Shown: piece by piece, positions 20,296 through 30,245 of the stretch
Numbering within the stretch: position 1 is the first letter of the stretch
Layout: each line of letters opens with the position of its first letter
Origin: Ferroacidibacillus organovorans
GTDB taxonomy: Bacteria; Bacillota; Bacilli; Alicyclobacillales; SLC66
DNA length: 58,168 bases
Assembly (NCBI RefSeq): GCF_001642725.1
Contig: NZ_LSUQ01000012.1
Span: 1-58,168, forward strand
Direction of reading: 5' to 3'
Notes under the pieces: generated by a model
Database searches by the model: none
What the model saw: the letters and a program-made list of their open reading frames with translations, nothing else
Told to the model about the DNA's origin: nothing
Made by a program: the position numbers and the translations under genes

Positions 20296-21186
20296 TTAAA
20301 AAACGCGCTCTGTTAAAAGGTATGCGAGATCAATCAGCGTGCTCGCCTCCAAGTCAAGGTTTGGTTCCTGAATCGCATTGACCGCTCGCTGTGTGAGTTC
20401 CTTTACACGGTCTCGCGCACCAGCAAGGCCATAGCGCGCTGGGTATGTAGCCTTTTGCAGCGCGAGATCGGCACCAGTCTGTTTTCCTAGAAGCAAGACG
20501 TCCCCCGTGACATCCAAAATGTCATCCTGAATTTGAAACGCCAGCCCGATCGACTCCGCATAAATCGTAAGGGCGCATAACGTCTCCTGATTGACTTCGG
20601 CTGCGAGCGCGCCCATGCGCACAGACGCGCGCAAAAGGGCGCCTGTTTTTTTCGCGTGAATCTCCACAAGCTGTTCATCCGTAATACGCTTTCCCTCTGC
20701 CAAGAGGTCAAGCATTTGGCCCGCCACCATACCGCGCGCCCCGCTCGCCTGGGAAAGCTCACGTACGAGAAACAAACGCGTCTGCGCGTCAACCTCGGTG
20801 AGCAAGATGGTTTCAAATGCGAGCGTAAGTAGCGCGTCCCCCGCAAGAATGGCGGTCGCCTCATCAAATTGTTTATGGTTTGTCAGTTTACCGCGACGAT
20901 AGTCATCATTATCCATTGCCGGCAAATCATCGTGTATGAGTGAATAGGTGTGGATCATCTCAACTGCGCAGGCAGTTGGCAGTACACGATCGATAGGCAG
21001 CCCGCACGCGCGCGCCGTCATGAGAAGCAGTGTGGGTCGGAGTCGTTTTCCGCCGCCAAGCAAACTATACGTCATGGCATCAAGCAAACGCGCGGCGCTC
21101 AAACTCCGCTCAGGGAGAAACGAGAGAAGCGATTTCTCAATGACATCACGCATCTGGCTCCATTGCTGCTCCACCGTCTGAATCAA
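20296..21186 (-). CDS. ispA: geranyltranstransferase (farnesyl diphosphate synthase)
   Basis: GGKRLRP, HTYSLIHDDLPAMD, FQIQDDILD. Confidence 0.96.
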   Translation of the reverse strand: MIQTVEQQWSQMRDVIEKSLLSFLPERSLSAARLLDAMTYSLLGGGKRLRPTLLLMTARACGLPIDRVLPTACAVEMIHTYSLIHDDLPAMDNDDYRRGKLTNHKQFDEATAILAGDALLTLAFETILLTEVDAQTRLFLVRELSQASGARGMVAGQMLDLLAEGKRITDEQLVEIHAKKTGALLRASVRMGALAAEVNQETLCALTIYAESIGLAFQIQDDILDVTGDVLLLGKQTGADLALQKATYPARYGLAGARDRVKELTQRAVNAIQEPNLDLEASTLIDLAYLLTERVF

Positions 21187-21467
21187 CCCTTGATCTCCTC
21201 CACCAAAAACGCAGTGCGTAAAAGTTCCCCTTTTGAAGATGTGACCTGCTCAACGCGCTGTTCTGCATTCTGCAGACGCGCTCGGCAAATTCCGACCAAT
21301 TGCATTCCCTCCTGATAGGTTGAAAGAGCCGCATCCAGTGACAATTCGCCACTCTCAAGCATTCTCACAACCTCTTCAAGTCGCGCCAGCGCCGACTCAA
21401 AGGGCACCTGTTGTTCATCAAGAGACGAAGATGTCGCTTGATCAGCGTCGTTCTCCTGTTGCTTCAT
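21183..21467 (-). CDS. xseB: exodeoxyribonuclease VII small subunit
   Basis: FESALARLEEVVRMLESGELSL..YQEG. Confidence 0.93.
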   Translation of the reverse strand: MKQQENDADQATSSSLDEQQVPFESALARLEEVVRMLESGELSLDAALSTYQEGMQLVGICRARLQNAEQRVEQVTSSKGELLRTAFLVEEIKG

Positions 21468-22806
21468 CGTCAAAAACCCCCCATACCTGGCAGTCCAGCG
21501 TGCCATCCATCATACGCAGTGTCACAGCATCCCCTGGTTGCACTTGCGCGATGGACGTAATCACCTGTTCATCCTTTTTTCTACTCTGAACAACCGCGTA
21601 CCCGCGATCGAGTACCGCCAACGGATTGAGCAATTCGAGATACGCATTTGCCCGCGTGATCCTTTGGTGCGCAGCCTCAAGAAACCTTTGCAGCGCTCGC
21701 TCATGGCGCTCTGTCAAGTGGTCAAGCGTTCGTCTCATTTGTGCGACGCGGTCAAACGGGGCACTTTTCGAAAGGCGAAGCTCCAGACCATCCAAGCGGC
21801 GGACAGCTCCCGAAATTCGACCTTTCACACCGCCGTCGAGTTGTCGCTCCAGATGATCAACACGCTGATGAAACCCGTCAAACGCGCGCAGCGGTTCTGC
21901 GAGGACTTGGCGTGAAGCCACCCGCTCAAATCGGGCGTACGCCTGTTTGATATGCAGGGTCACGGTAGATGTCATGCGCGTCTGCGCCTGTTCAAGGTGA
22001 TGAAGTAGCGCACCGCCATCCGGCGTCGCGAGTTCCGCCGCGCCAGTCGGCGTAGGCGCGCGCCGGTCGGCGACAAAATCGGCAAGCGTCACATCAGTCT
22101 CGTGACCGACCGCAGAAATGACCGGGATGCGCGATGACGCGATAGCGCGCACAACCAATTCTGAACTAAACGCAAACAGTTCCTCAAAGGAACCGCCGCC
22201 TCGCCCTACGATCATCACATCCGCAAGGTTGTGATCGGATATGAGCCGAATACCCTCCGCGATCTGTACAGATGCCTCCGCGCCTTGAACCGCCACCGGC
22301 ACGATCACGACTTCCGTGAGCGGAAAGCGTCTGCCAAGCGTTGTCAGCATATCGCGAACCGCCGCACCAGTCGGCGACGTGACGAGTGCGATGCGGGTAG
22401 GAAACGTCGGCAATGCGTGCTTGCGCGACGCTTCGAACAGACCTTCTGCCTGCAATTTTTCTTTTAACTGCTCATACGCGATATAAAGTGCGCCAACGCC
22501 GTCTGGCACAATTTCATCCGCATACATTTGATATTCGCCTGAACGTTCAAACACGTCGATAGAGCCCTTCACGACCACACTCATGCCATCGCGCAATTCG
22601 ACGCGCAAGGCGCGCGTACGACTGACAAACATGACCACTTTAACGCGCGATAGTGCATCTTTTAATGTAAAATAGAGATGCCCACTCTGCGGCTTACTAA
22701 AATTCGAAATCTCACCGCGCACAGATACGTTTTGCAAATCAGGCGTGCGCGTGAGGACGGTCTTCACGGTTTGCGTCAATTCAAAAACACTGAGGACACG
22801 TTCCAT
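21442..22806 (-). CDS. xseA: exodeoxyribonuclease VII large subunit
   Basis: GEISN, SGHLYFTLKD, GRGGGS, SAVGHETD, APTPT. Confidence 0.97.
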   Translation of the reverse strand: MERVLSVFELTQTVKTVLTRTPDLQNVSVRGEISNFSKPQSGHLYFTLKDALSRVKVVMFVSRTRALRVELRDGMSVVVKGSIDVFERSGEYQMYADEIVPDGVGALYIAYEQLKEKLQAEGLFEASRKHALPTFPTRIALVTSPTGAAVRDMLTTLGRRFPLTEVVIVPVAVQGAEASVQIAEGIRLISDHNLADVMIVGRGGGSFEELFAFSSELVVRAIASSRIPVISAVGHETDVTLADFVADRRAPTPTGAAELATPDGGALLHHLEQAQTRMTSTVTLHIKQAYARFERVASRQVLAEPLRAFDGFHQRVDHLERQLDGGVKGRISGAVRRLDGLELRLSKSAPFDRVAQMRRTLDHLTERHERALQRFLEAAHQRITRANAYLELLNPLAVLDRGYAVVQSRKKDEQVITSIAQVQPGDAVTLRMMDGTLDCQVWGVFDDEATGERR

Positions 22807-22819
22807 GGAAAAAAACCCC

Positions 22820-23668
22820 TTACCCCTGCTGTTGCATCTGTGCCGCGCGCACCGTGTTTGACAACAGCATCGCGATGGTCATTGGACCCACGCCTTTTGG
22901 AACGGGCGTGATTTTTGAAGCGACAGATTCAACCGATGAAAAATCGACATCTCCACAAATTTTACCATCGACGCGATTGATACCTACATCGATGACGACA
23001 GCGCCTTTTTTTACATCATCGGCTGTTACAAACCGCGGGATTCCAACCGCCGCGACGAGCAGATCCGCCTGTCTCGTCCAATCGCGCATGTTTTTTGTTC
23101 GAGAGTGACAAATGGTCACGGTGGCGTTTGCCTGTAAAAGAAGATTGGCCATCGGTTTACCTACGATGTTTGAGCGCCCGATGACTACCGCATGCATTCC
23201 TGCAAGATCAATCTGCTCATAGCGTAGAAGCTCCATAACGCCAAGCGGTGTACAAGGCACCATGCGGTTCGTTCCAATCGAAAGTGCGCCAACATTCCGC
23301 TCATGAAAACCGTCCACATCTTTTTCAAACGCGACGCGCGCTACTACGCGTTGTTCGTTCATGTGCGCCGGGAGCGGCAATTGCACCAGAATGCCGTGTA
23401 CGAGCGGATCTTGATTCAACCGATCAAGCGTGTCAAGAATGACTTGCTCCTCTGTTTCCGCCGGAAAACGCATGATGTCAGACGCGATGCCAACACTCTG
23501 TGCGGCCTTCTCTTTCCCGCGGACATAGCTCGCGGATGCGGGATGATCCCCGATCAGTAGAACAACGAGGTGCGGCGTGACTCCCTCTTTTTTTAAGGCA
23601 TGTACCTTTTGCGCTGTCTCTTGACGGCTGATATCCGCCCAGTGAGCACCATCAATGATCGTTCCGAT
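22820..23668 (-). CDS. folD: bifunctional methylenetetrahydrofolate dehydrogenase/cyclohydrolase (282 aa, apparent ATC start)
   Basis: The frame extends 65 codons upstream of the ORF-track Met (GTIIDG..ASASYVRGK) to an ATC, preceded by an in-frame TGA and a GGAGG RBS. GILVQLPLP, KDVDG, PCTP, GRSNIVGKP, GVGPMT. Confidence 0.95.
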   Translation of the reverse strand: MGTIIDGAHWADISRQETAQKVHALKKEGVTPHLVVLLIGDHPASASYVRGKEKAAQSVGIASDIMRFPAETEEQVILDTLDRLNQDPLVHGILVQLPLPAHMNEQRVVARVAFEKDVDGFHERNVGALSIGTNRMVPCTPLGVMELLRYEQIDLAGMHAVVIGRSNIVGKPMANLLLQANATVTICHSRTKNMRDWTRQADLLVAAVGIPRFVTADDVKKGAVVIDVGINRVDGKICGDVDFSSVESVASKITPVPKGVGPMTIAMLLSNTVRAAQMQQQG

Positions 23669-23691
23669 TCAAATCCCCTCCATACGGCTCA

Positions 23692-23717
23692 GGGGCGATC
23701 ACAACTGCGATCGCCCC
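23692..23717. terminator. hairpin between FNR and folD (no U-tract)
   Basis: GGGGCGATC-N8-GATCGCCCC. Confidence 0.5.
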
Positions 23718-23722
23718 ATCAC

Positions 23723-24739
23723 TCAACCTTTGCGACTGCTGCTGTGCCCCGGATGCAGCTTTGAAGCTGGGTCAAGATAGATTTTTGCGTGATTGACAGC
23801 CGTTGGCGCTTCGCCAAATCCTGTCGCTATCAACTTGATCTTACCTGGATACGTCACGATATCCCCCGCTGCAAAAACGCCAGGAATGTTTGTCCCCATT
23901 CGAGTGTCCACAACGATCGCATTATCCTCAATCGTAAGGCCCCAATTGAGAATCGGGCCAAGCGATGCGGAGAAGCCCAAACTGCTCACAATCGCGTCAG
24001 CTTCAACCCGAATCGTTTCCTTGCTGCGATTCTCGACGAGCGTCACGTGCGACAGCCAATTCTCACCCTCAAGCGCTTGAACTTCATAGAACGTTTTTAC
24101 GTCGACGCCCGAAGCGTGAAGCGTCTTTACATTTTCTTCGTGCGCCCTAAACTGATCGCGGCGATGCACAAGAATAACCTGCTTTGCTACATGCTCGAGC
24201 ATCAATGCGAAATCAACCGCGCTATCTCCGCCACCGACGACCACGACGCGCTTACCTGTAAACTTTTTCATGTCATCAACATAATAATAAATACCTTTGC
24301 CTTCAAACGCTTTGGCATTAGAAACCGGAAGCGGCTTCGGGGTGAATGCGCCAATCCCACCTGTAATGATCACTGTTTTTGAATAGTGAACACCGCGATC
24401 CGTGGTTAACTCAAACACTTGGTCGTCACGTTTGACAAGTCCGGTCACTTTCTCACTCAAACAAAGGGTCGGGTGGTACTGTTTCGTTTGTTCAACAAGT
24501 TGATCAACCAAATCCATTGCCTTGACTTTGGGAAATCCGGCCACATCGTAAATGTACTTTTCCGGGTACAATTCTGAGAGTTGCCCTCCGAGTTGCGGGA
24601 GGCTATCGATAATCTTTGTACTCGCATCGCGAATGCCTGCGTAAAACGCAGTAAAAAGTCCAGTTGGGCCGCCGCCAATCACTGTGATATCATAGACTTT
24701 CGTATCAGTGCGATCCTTAACTTCCATCGGTGTTGACAT
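23723..24739 (-). CDS. ferredoxin/flavodoxin-NADP+ reductase (YumC/TrxB-like)
   Basis: IGGGPTG, GGQLSELYPEKYIYDVAG, GGGDSA, VHRR, AAGD, HSSS tail; no CxxC. Confidence 0.92.
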   Translation of the reverse strand: MSTPMEVKDRTDTKVYDITVIGGGPTGLFTAFYAGIRDASTKIIDSLPQLGGQLSELYPEKYIYDVAGFPKVKAMDLVDQLVEQTKQYHPTLCLSEKVTGLVKRDDQVFELTTDRGVHYSKTVIITGGIGAFTPKPLPVSNAKAFEGKGIYYYVDDMKKFTGKRVVVVGGGDSAVDFALMLEHVAKQVILVHRRDQFRAHEENVKTLHASGVDVKTFYEVQALEGENWLSHVTLVENRSKETIRVEADAIVSSLGFSASLGPILNWGLTIEDNAIVVDTRMGTNIPGVFAAGDIVTYPGKIKLIATGFGEAPTAVNHAKIYLDPASKLHPGHSSSRKG

Positions 24740-24857
24740 CTTCCGTCCCCTCCAGATCACGTAAAAATACGATCATGCACGCGAGTAGTATACTACAGGA
24801 TTCTACTGTGACGATATCTCGCGTCTTTGAACAAAAATCGCGAGTGTCACGCAGGTG

Positions 24858-25844
24858 TCACAAAGGATTCTGCCACGCCGCGAGTAACGCCACCCCGTAC
24901 GCATTGTCAGAAGCATAGAATGGATCGCACAGTTGAAGGTCAATCGCGCCGTGTCCGCTGTTCTGAACAAAAAACCGTTTTTGCAAGCGGTTTTTGATGC
25001 GTTGATTTGAAGCGACCCCACCCACGAGCAAGACGCGGCGTGTTCCTGTTTTTTCAACGGCGAAACGAATCATCTTTTCAAAGGTATTGGCAATCACGCG
25101 GAAAACAGATGCCGCAAGTTGTGCATCCGTTACGTTAGCGTTGCGCGCACGCTCAAGCGCCGCGAGTGGACCTGAAAAGCTTGGAGAACCTTGCTTTACC
25201 ACACTCGGCAATTCGAGCAGTGGAAGATCGTCCGGGTGCGCCTGCGCCAATACCTCAAGCTTTGCGCCCGCCGGAAATGGCAATCCGAGACTGACACCTA
25301 TGCGATCAACAAATTGCCCGACATGCAGATCAAGGCTAGAACCGAGTGTTTCGACACAAAAATCGCTTCCGTCAAACGAGACGTGAAGCAAATCGGTCGT
25401 ACCACCCGATGCGTGGATCGCGAGAAAGGGCTGAACCCCCCCATCACGCATCCACCCCACCGTCTTTACGCCGGCTGCCAAATGACCGGATTGATGGGAT
25501 GTTTTTAAGCATTCCACGCCAGCCCCTAGCGCCAGCGCCTCCGCCCCCAAACGTCCCGCGAGAAACACAGGCATATAAGAACCCGCGATTCTGCGCGGCG
25601 CGTCGCTACACGCGATGCCTGCGATCCATTTCCCCTCTAGGTGTTCCGAACAAGCTAAAAAAAAGGACGGCAGTCTCTGAACATGCTGAAACAGCGCCTC
25701 AGACTGGCGAAGACCGCGCGCGCCGTTTGGCACATCAAGGAGAAGGCGTTTCTCAAAAACGATGTCCCCGCTTGCCGATACAGCACAAAAAGAGGTCGTG
25801 TAATTGCTAGTGTCAAGACCGATAAAAATCGCGGCGTCCCTCAT
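24858..25844 (-). CDS. TsaD/Kae1 (glycoprotease family) paralog
   Basis: GLDTSNYTTS, HQSGH, SGGTTD, GQFVDRIG, GGVASN, SDNA. Confidence 0.85.
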   Translation of the reverse strand: MRDAAIFIGLDTSNYTTSFCAVSASGDIVFEKRLLLDVPNGARGLRQSEALFQHVQRLPSFFLACSEHLEGKWIAGIACSDAPRRIAGSYMPVFLAGRLGAEALALGAGVECLKTSHQSGHLAAGVKTVGWMRDGGVQPFLAIHASGGTTDLLHVSFDGSDFCVETLGSSLDLHVGQFVDRIGVSLGLPFPAGAKLEVLAQAHPDDLPLLELPSVVKQGSPSFSGPLAALERARNANVTDAQLAASVFRVIANTFEKMIRFAVEKTGTRRVLLVGGVASNQRIKNRLQKRFFVQNSGHGAIDLQLCDPFYASDNAYGVALLAAWQNPL

Positions 25845-26281
25845 GGTGTTTGACCGTTTACCTGAGTCTCGCCGTGAAGATCTGACAGATCGCGCAGCAC
25901 TCCTGCGAGTACGCCGTTGACAAAGCGCGCAGAACGCTCCGTGCCGTAGGTCTTAGACAATTCAACAGCCTCGTTCATCGCGACAGCAGGTGGGATATCT
26001 TGTCCATAGAGCAATTCAAACGCACCGATGCGAAGAATGTTGCGATCAACGCCGGGCATCCGATCCACGTCCCAATCCTGACTATAGCGATCGAGAATTT
26101 TATCAATCATTTCTTGATGATCTGTAATGCCGTTCATCAACTGCGCCAGATACGTTTCATCGTAATCAATGCTCTCAATCATTGCGCGTGTCATTGCGAC
26201 AGCTTGCTCCCACTCGACACGGTTCAAATCTAAATGATAGAGCGCTTGCAACGCCAATTCCCTCGAGCCGTGACGACTCAT
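25841..26281 (-). CDS. nusB: transcription antitermination factor NusB
   Basis: SRELALQALY, DRNILR, NEAVELSKTY, FVNGVL. Confidence 0.97.
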   Translation of the reverse strand: MSRHGSRELALQALYHLDLNRVEWEQAVAMTRAMIESIDYDETYLAQLMNGITDHQEMIDKILDRYSQDWDVDRMPGVDRNILRIGAFELLYGQDIPPAVAMNEAVELSKTYGTERSARFVNGVLAGVLRDLSDLHGETQVNGQTP

Positions 26282-26318
26282 CTTCCTACCTCCACTTCAC
26301 CTGCAAAACCACAGCAAA

Positions 26319-26549
26319 TTATTCATACGGATCAGATTGAAGCAATCGCTTCACCCATTCTTCCCATTCGTGCGGCCGATCAAAGATGCGTCCAACAGCA
26401 AATCCTATGACCATCAGCGCAGCCAATAAAAGGGTTGAAAAAAAACCGAAGAATTCAATAAAAACCCACACCAAAACGCCAAGCGCCATACCCTTGTAGC
26501 GACCGGGCAGAACGCGCAGCCGTTTGATCCGTTCCCACAAACGCTCCAC
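26319..26549 (-). CDS. small membrane protein (DUF2273-like)
   Basis: Two hydrophobic helices, FFGFFSTLLL..IGFAVG; position asp23-amaP-X-nusB. Confidence 0.75.
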   Translation of the reverse strand: MERLWERIKRLRVLPGRYKGMALGVLVWVFIEFFGFFSTLLLAALMVIGFAVGRIFDRPHEWEEWVKRLLQSDPYE

Positions 26550-26566
26550 GGCATTGCACCTCCATT

Positions 26567-27076
26567 TTAAGCCTTAGTGGGCTCTGGAGAGAGTTCTGAC
26601 ACTTGTACGTGAACGGCGTAGACCGAAAGCGAAGTCGCATTCTTAACCGCATCCATCACGCGCGCCTGAATCGTTTCCGACATATCTGTGAGATTGACAC
26701 CCGCCGTTGCTCGAATACGCATCGAGATGACGAGTCCGCCTTCCGTGTCGGAGATCGTCGTCTTCAATCGATCAACCCCGGAGATTTGCCGCGCGGTGCG
26801 GCTTGCCACATCACGCACCGCGGCAAAGCCAATGCGCACTTCACCCGTCGGTGTCGCCTTGACAAAACTGTGAACCTTCGTCGAACGCGCCGGTGCAAAA
26901 AAGAGCAAAATCGTCATAATAAGCAAGACACCAAGCACAATCCACATGGGTCCCACCGCGACGAGCATATCGTGCGTTAAGCCAACTACCAAGGGGACCT
27001 TTACCAGTTCAAGCACATACCAGGCTAGGATCAGCAAAATGCATATGCCGTAGAGTCTCGTATACCACGCACCCAA
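26567..27076 (-). CDS. amaP: alkaline shock response membrane anchor protein AmaP-like
   Basis: Two N-terminal TM helices plus an Asp23-like C-terminal domain (GEVRIG, IQARV). Start TTG 27076 or ATG 27109. Confidence 0.75.
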   Translation of the reverse strand: MGAWYTRLYGICILLILAWYVLELVKVPLVVGLTHDMLVAVGPMWIVLGVLLIMTILLFFAPARSTKVHSFVKATPTGEVRIGFAAVRDVASRTARQISGVDRLKTTISDTEGGLVISMRIRATAGVNLTDMSETIQARVMDAVKNATSLSVYAVHVQVSELSPEPTKA

Positions 27077-27149
27077 ATCTGCATCCCTCTTCTCGCGTTC
27101 ACGTCTCATTTCGTATGAATGAGTTTTTTAAGCGCATTCCCCCACCGCG

Positions 27150-27569
27150 CTAGACGCGAACCTTCTCTTCATCTGTTCGTTCCTCGACACGAAAAGAAAT
27201 GCCGAGTACACTCACATTGACCCCCAATACCTCAAGCCCTGTCATTGATTCGATCGCGCGCTTTACACCTTCTTGAATCTCACGGGCGACATCCGGGATG
27301 CGATATCCATACTCCGCAATGATCGCAAGGTCAATCGTGCACTGTTGTTCGTCAGGAGTGACGTCAACTCGCACACCTTTGCTGAGATTTTTGCGTCCGA
27401 GACGCTCTGCGATACCACCGACAATGCCGCCGCTCATGTCGGATACGCCGCGCACTTCTGTCGCCGCGAGTCCCGCAATGACGGCGATCACCTCATTCGC
27501 GATCTGCGTCGTCCCCGTTCCTTGCAACCCTGTATCTTCCGCATGCACAATACCCGATTCAATCGCCAT
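27150..27569 (-). CDS. Asp23/Gls24 family protein (YqhY-like)
   Basis: IANEVIAVIAGLAATEVRGV, KNLSKGVRV, YGYRIPDVA..MTGL. Confidence 0.92.
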   Translation of the reverse strand: MAIESGIVHAEDTGLQGTGTTQIANEVIAVIAGLAATEVRGVSDMSGGIVGGIAERLGRKNLSKGVRVDVTPDEQQCTIDLAIIAEYGYRIPDVAREIQEGVKRAIESMTGLEVLGVNVSVLGISFRVEERTDEEKVRV

Positions 27570-27585
27570 TTTTGTATCCCCTCCG

Positions 27586-28926
27586 TCACACCGTGTGGTT
27601 TTCCAAAAAGCGCGTGTTGACATCTCCTGCAACAAATGCGGGATGTTCGAGTAGACGCAGATGAAAGCCAATCGTCGTGCGCACGCCTTCAATTTGAAAC
27701 TCTTGCAAAGCGCGTTTCATTCGATCGAGCGCCTCCTGTCTCGTTGGAGCCCATACGATCAGCTTTGCAATCATCGAGTCGTAAAATGGCGTCACGGTAT
27801 ACCCGGTATACGCCGCACTATCCACCCGAACACCAAAGCCGCCTGGAGGAACATAGCCTATAATTTTCCCCGGAGAAGGCATGAAATTTTTATCAGGGTC
27901 TTCTGCGTTTATGCGACATTCCACCGCGTGCCCGCGCTGTACTACATCTTCTTGACGATAGCGCAGTGGGTGGCCATAGGCAATTCGAATCTGTTCCTGA
28001 ACGAGATCGATGCCTGTCACCCACTCTGTCACAGGGTGTTCAACCTGTATCCGCGTGTTCATTTCCATAAAATAAAACGATCCGTCTTCATCAAGCAAAA
28101 ACTCGATCGTTCCTGCACCTTCATACTGTACCGCCTTTGCGGCAGCGACCGCCGCCGCCCCCATTCGCTCGCGAATCTCTTGCGTAAGCGCAGGGGAAGG
28201 TGACTCCTCCACCAATTTTTGCAGCCTGCGTTGAACAGAGCAGTCCCGTTCACCCAGGTGTATCGCGTGCCCGTGTTGATCGCCGAGCACCTGAATCTCT
28301 ACGTGGCGCGGACGAACGAGGAACTTCTCGAGATAGACGCCAGCGTTTCCAAACGCCGATCCAGCCTCGGACTGGGCAAGCGACAAGGCAGAGCGCAACT
28401 CATCTCGCGAGTGTACCACGCGAATCCCTTTTCCGCCACCGCCTGCCGTCGCTTTGATGATCACCGGATACCCAATCTCATCGGCGACCGCCAAGGCATC
28501 TTCCACACTCTCGACGAGTCCTTCCGTTCCAGGAACGGTGGGCACGTTTGCGCGTTTCATCGTGGCTTTCGCAGTCGCTTTATCGCCCATCTGCTCAATG
28601 GCCTGTGGACTCGGTCCAATAAATTTAACCCCCACCGCGGCACACACTTCTGCAAAATCACTGTTCTCAGATAAAAATCCGTACCCGGGGTGAATCGCGT
28701 CCGCGCCGACGGACGTCGCAACGGCCATGATGTTCGCGATATTCAAGTAACTCTGTCGGCTCGAAGTTGGCCCTACACAATAGGCTTCATCCGCCATCGC
28801 CACATGCAACGCATCGCGATCCGCTTCTGAATAAATTGCAACAGTTGCAATGCCAAGTTCACGGCACGCGCGAAGAATGCGCACCGCGATCTCGCCGCGA
28901 TTTGCGATCAACACTTTTTTAAACAT
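27586..28926 (-). CDS. accC: acetyl-CoA carboxylase biotin carboxylase
   Basis: [47 protein letters not shown]. Confidence 0.98.
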   Translation of the reverse strand: MFKKVLIANRGEIAVRILRACRELGIATVAIYSEADRDALHVAMADEAYCVGPTSSRQSYLNIANIMAVATSVGADAIHPGYGFLSENSDFAEVCAAVGVKFIGPSPQAIEQMGDKATAKATMKRANVPTVPGTEGLVESVEDALAVADEIGYPVIIKATAGGGGKGIRVVHSRDELRSALSLAQSEAGSAFGNAGVYLEKFLVRPRHVEIQVLGDQHGHAIHLGERDCSVQRRLQKLVEESPSPALTQEIRERMGAAAVAAAKAVQYEGAGTIEFLLDEDGSFYFMEMNTRIQVEHPVTEWVTGIDLVQEQIRIAYGHPLRYRQEDVVQRGHAVECRINAEDPDKNFMPSPGKIIGYVPPGGFGVRVDSAAYTGYTVTPFYDSMIAKLIVWAPTRQEALDRMKRALQEFQIEGVRTTIGFHLRLLEHPAFVAGDVNTRFLENHTV

Positions 28927-28964
28927 GGGAACCTCCCGTTCAAAGATAAGAAGCTTCGCCAAGT

Positions 28965-29462
28965 CTACGCGAGTTTAACGCGAAAAAGCGGCTGGCCAAA
29001 TTCGACAAGTTGTCCATTCTCGGCGAGTACTTCTACAATTTCACCGCGCACATCAGCCTCAATTTCATTCATCAACTTCATCGCTTCAACAATACACACC
29101 ACCGACTTTTCCGTGACCTTGCTCCCCTGATCAACATAGGGAGCGGTACTTGGCGAAGACGAGCGGTAGAAGGTGCCAACCATCGGCGATTTGACCAAAA
29201 CTGTCCCGATTTCCGGATCAACCGCCGCAGGCTCACGCTCTTTCGGCACTTCAAGCACAGGCTGTGGCGAAGCGGCTGGAAGCGAAACTTCTTGGATCGG
29301 CTGGGCAGCGTGCGTAACGTGAGACGTCGAAAGCACTACGGGTGCCGCCATGTCTGCCTTTTTGAGGATTAACTTCACTTCGCCTGCTTCAAGTTGCAAT
29401 TCATGCAAGCTCGTCTCATCGAGCAGTCGAATCAATTCACGAATATCGCCGACCTTAATCAA
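28965..29462 (-). CDS. accB: biotin carboxyl carrier protein
   Basis: [17 protein letters not shown] biotinyl motif. TTG 29462 after GGAGTG. Confidence 0.97.
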   Translation of the reverse strand: MIKVGDIRELIRLLDETSLHELQLEAGEVKLILKKADMAAPVVLSTSHVTHAAQPIQEVSLPAASPQPVLEVPKEREPAAVDPEIGTVLVKSPMVGTFYRSSSPSTAPYVDQGSKVTEKSVVCIVEAMKLMNEIEADVRGEIVEVLAENGQLVEFGQPLFRVKLA

Positions 29463-29569
29463 ACGGTTCACTCCAAATCGAATATGCACGAGATGTCGAC
29501 CATCACCACCAAATCCTGGTGACTGGTCCAGTTGATTTCAGTATACCATATTTACGCATTTTCGGTGGC

Positions 29570-29605
29570 AAGAAAAGAGGACGCCCATGTGACGTCCTCT
29601 TCTCT
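29570..29605 (-). terminator. terminator of the spoIIIA operon
   Basis: AAGAGGACG..CGTCCTCTT plus a T-run on the minus strand. Confidence 0.8.
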
Positions 29606-29614
29606 GCGCACTTC

Positions 29615-30211
29615 TCACGCGTGCGCAGAAACGGTAATCAAGTTCGACTGAACACCGGTCGTTTGGGAAACGGTGTTGATGATCGACACCGCCTGCAGCG
29701 CGGTCAGTTTAGACGCCTGCACATAGACATGGATGCGGCCGTGCGGGTTATAGATCACAACGGAATCCGGATACCCGGCACCAACGAGTTGCTCATGTAC
29801 CTTCCCTTCAGCCGCTTGCTGCGACTGAAGCGCGTTTAGTTCACTGTACGCCTGCGATACGACCGTGTTGCTGGCGCGCGGATCGCCAATGGTCGATTGC
29901 AGTGTCTGAATCAGTTTGGACTGTGAGTTCTCAAGGTTCATCTGCATCGAGACGAACCAGTCAGACGCGCTGTTCGACGAAACAGGAACCGTTTGCGATT
30001 TTACAGGTGTCGATGCCGCAGGCGACGTCGTCACTTTTGTTCCACTCGAACCTGCACTGACGGACGTTTGCGGCGTGCCACTGCTGCCGCCGTTTATCGA
30101 AACTGAATTTCCACCAGGCGTCGCAGGCGCCGTGCCAAGCGTATAATACCCGATGAGCATCAGTGAAAAAACCATCATTGCAGACAGCCATACCGTTTGA
30201 CGTTTAACCAA
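29615..30211 (-). CDS. spoIIIAH: stage III sporulation protein AH
   Basis: VKRQTVWLSAMMVFSLMLIGYY, GYPDSVV; last gene of the operon. Confidence 0.9.
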   Translation of the reverse strand: MVKRQTVWLSAMMVFSLMLIGYYTLGTAPATPGGNSVSINGGSSGTPQTSVSAGSSGTKVTTSPAASTPVKSQTVPVSSNSASDWFVSMQMNLENSQSKLIQTLQSTIGDPRASNTVVSQAYSELNALQSQQAAEGKVHEQLVGAGYPDSVVIYNPHGRIHVYVQASKLTALQAVSIINTVSQTTGVQSNLITVSAHA

Positions 30212-30245
30212 TGTAGATCTCTCCTTTAGTGTCATGGATTCGCGC

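Noticed and set aside
22820..23473. folD as a truncated 217-aa gene or pseudogene
   Set aside because: The frame is open with FolD-like sequence up to 23668 and has a good RBS; better explained by a non-canonical start.
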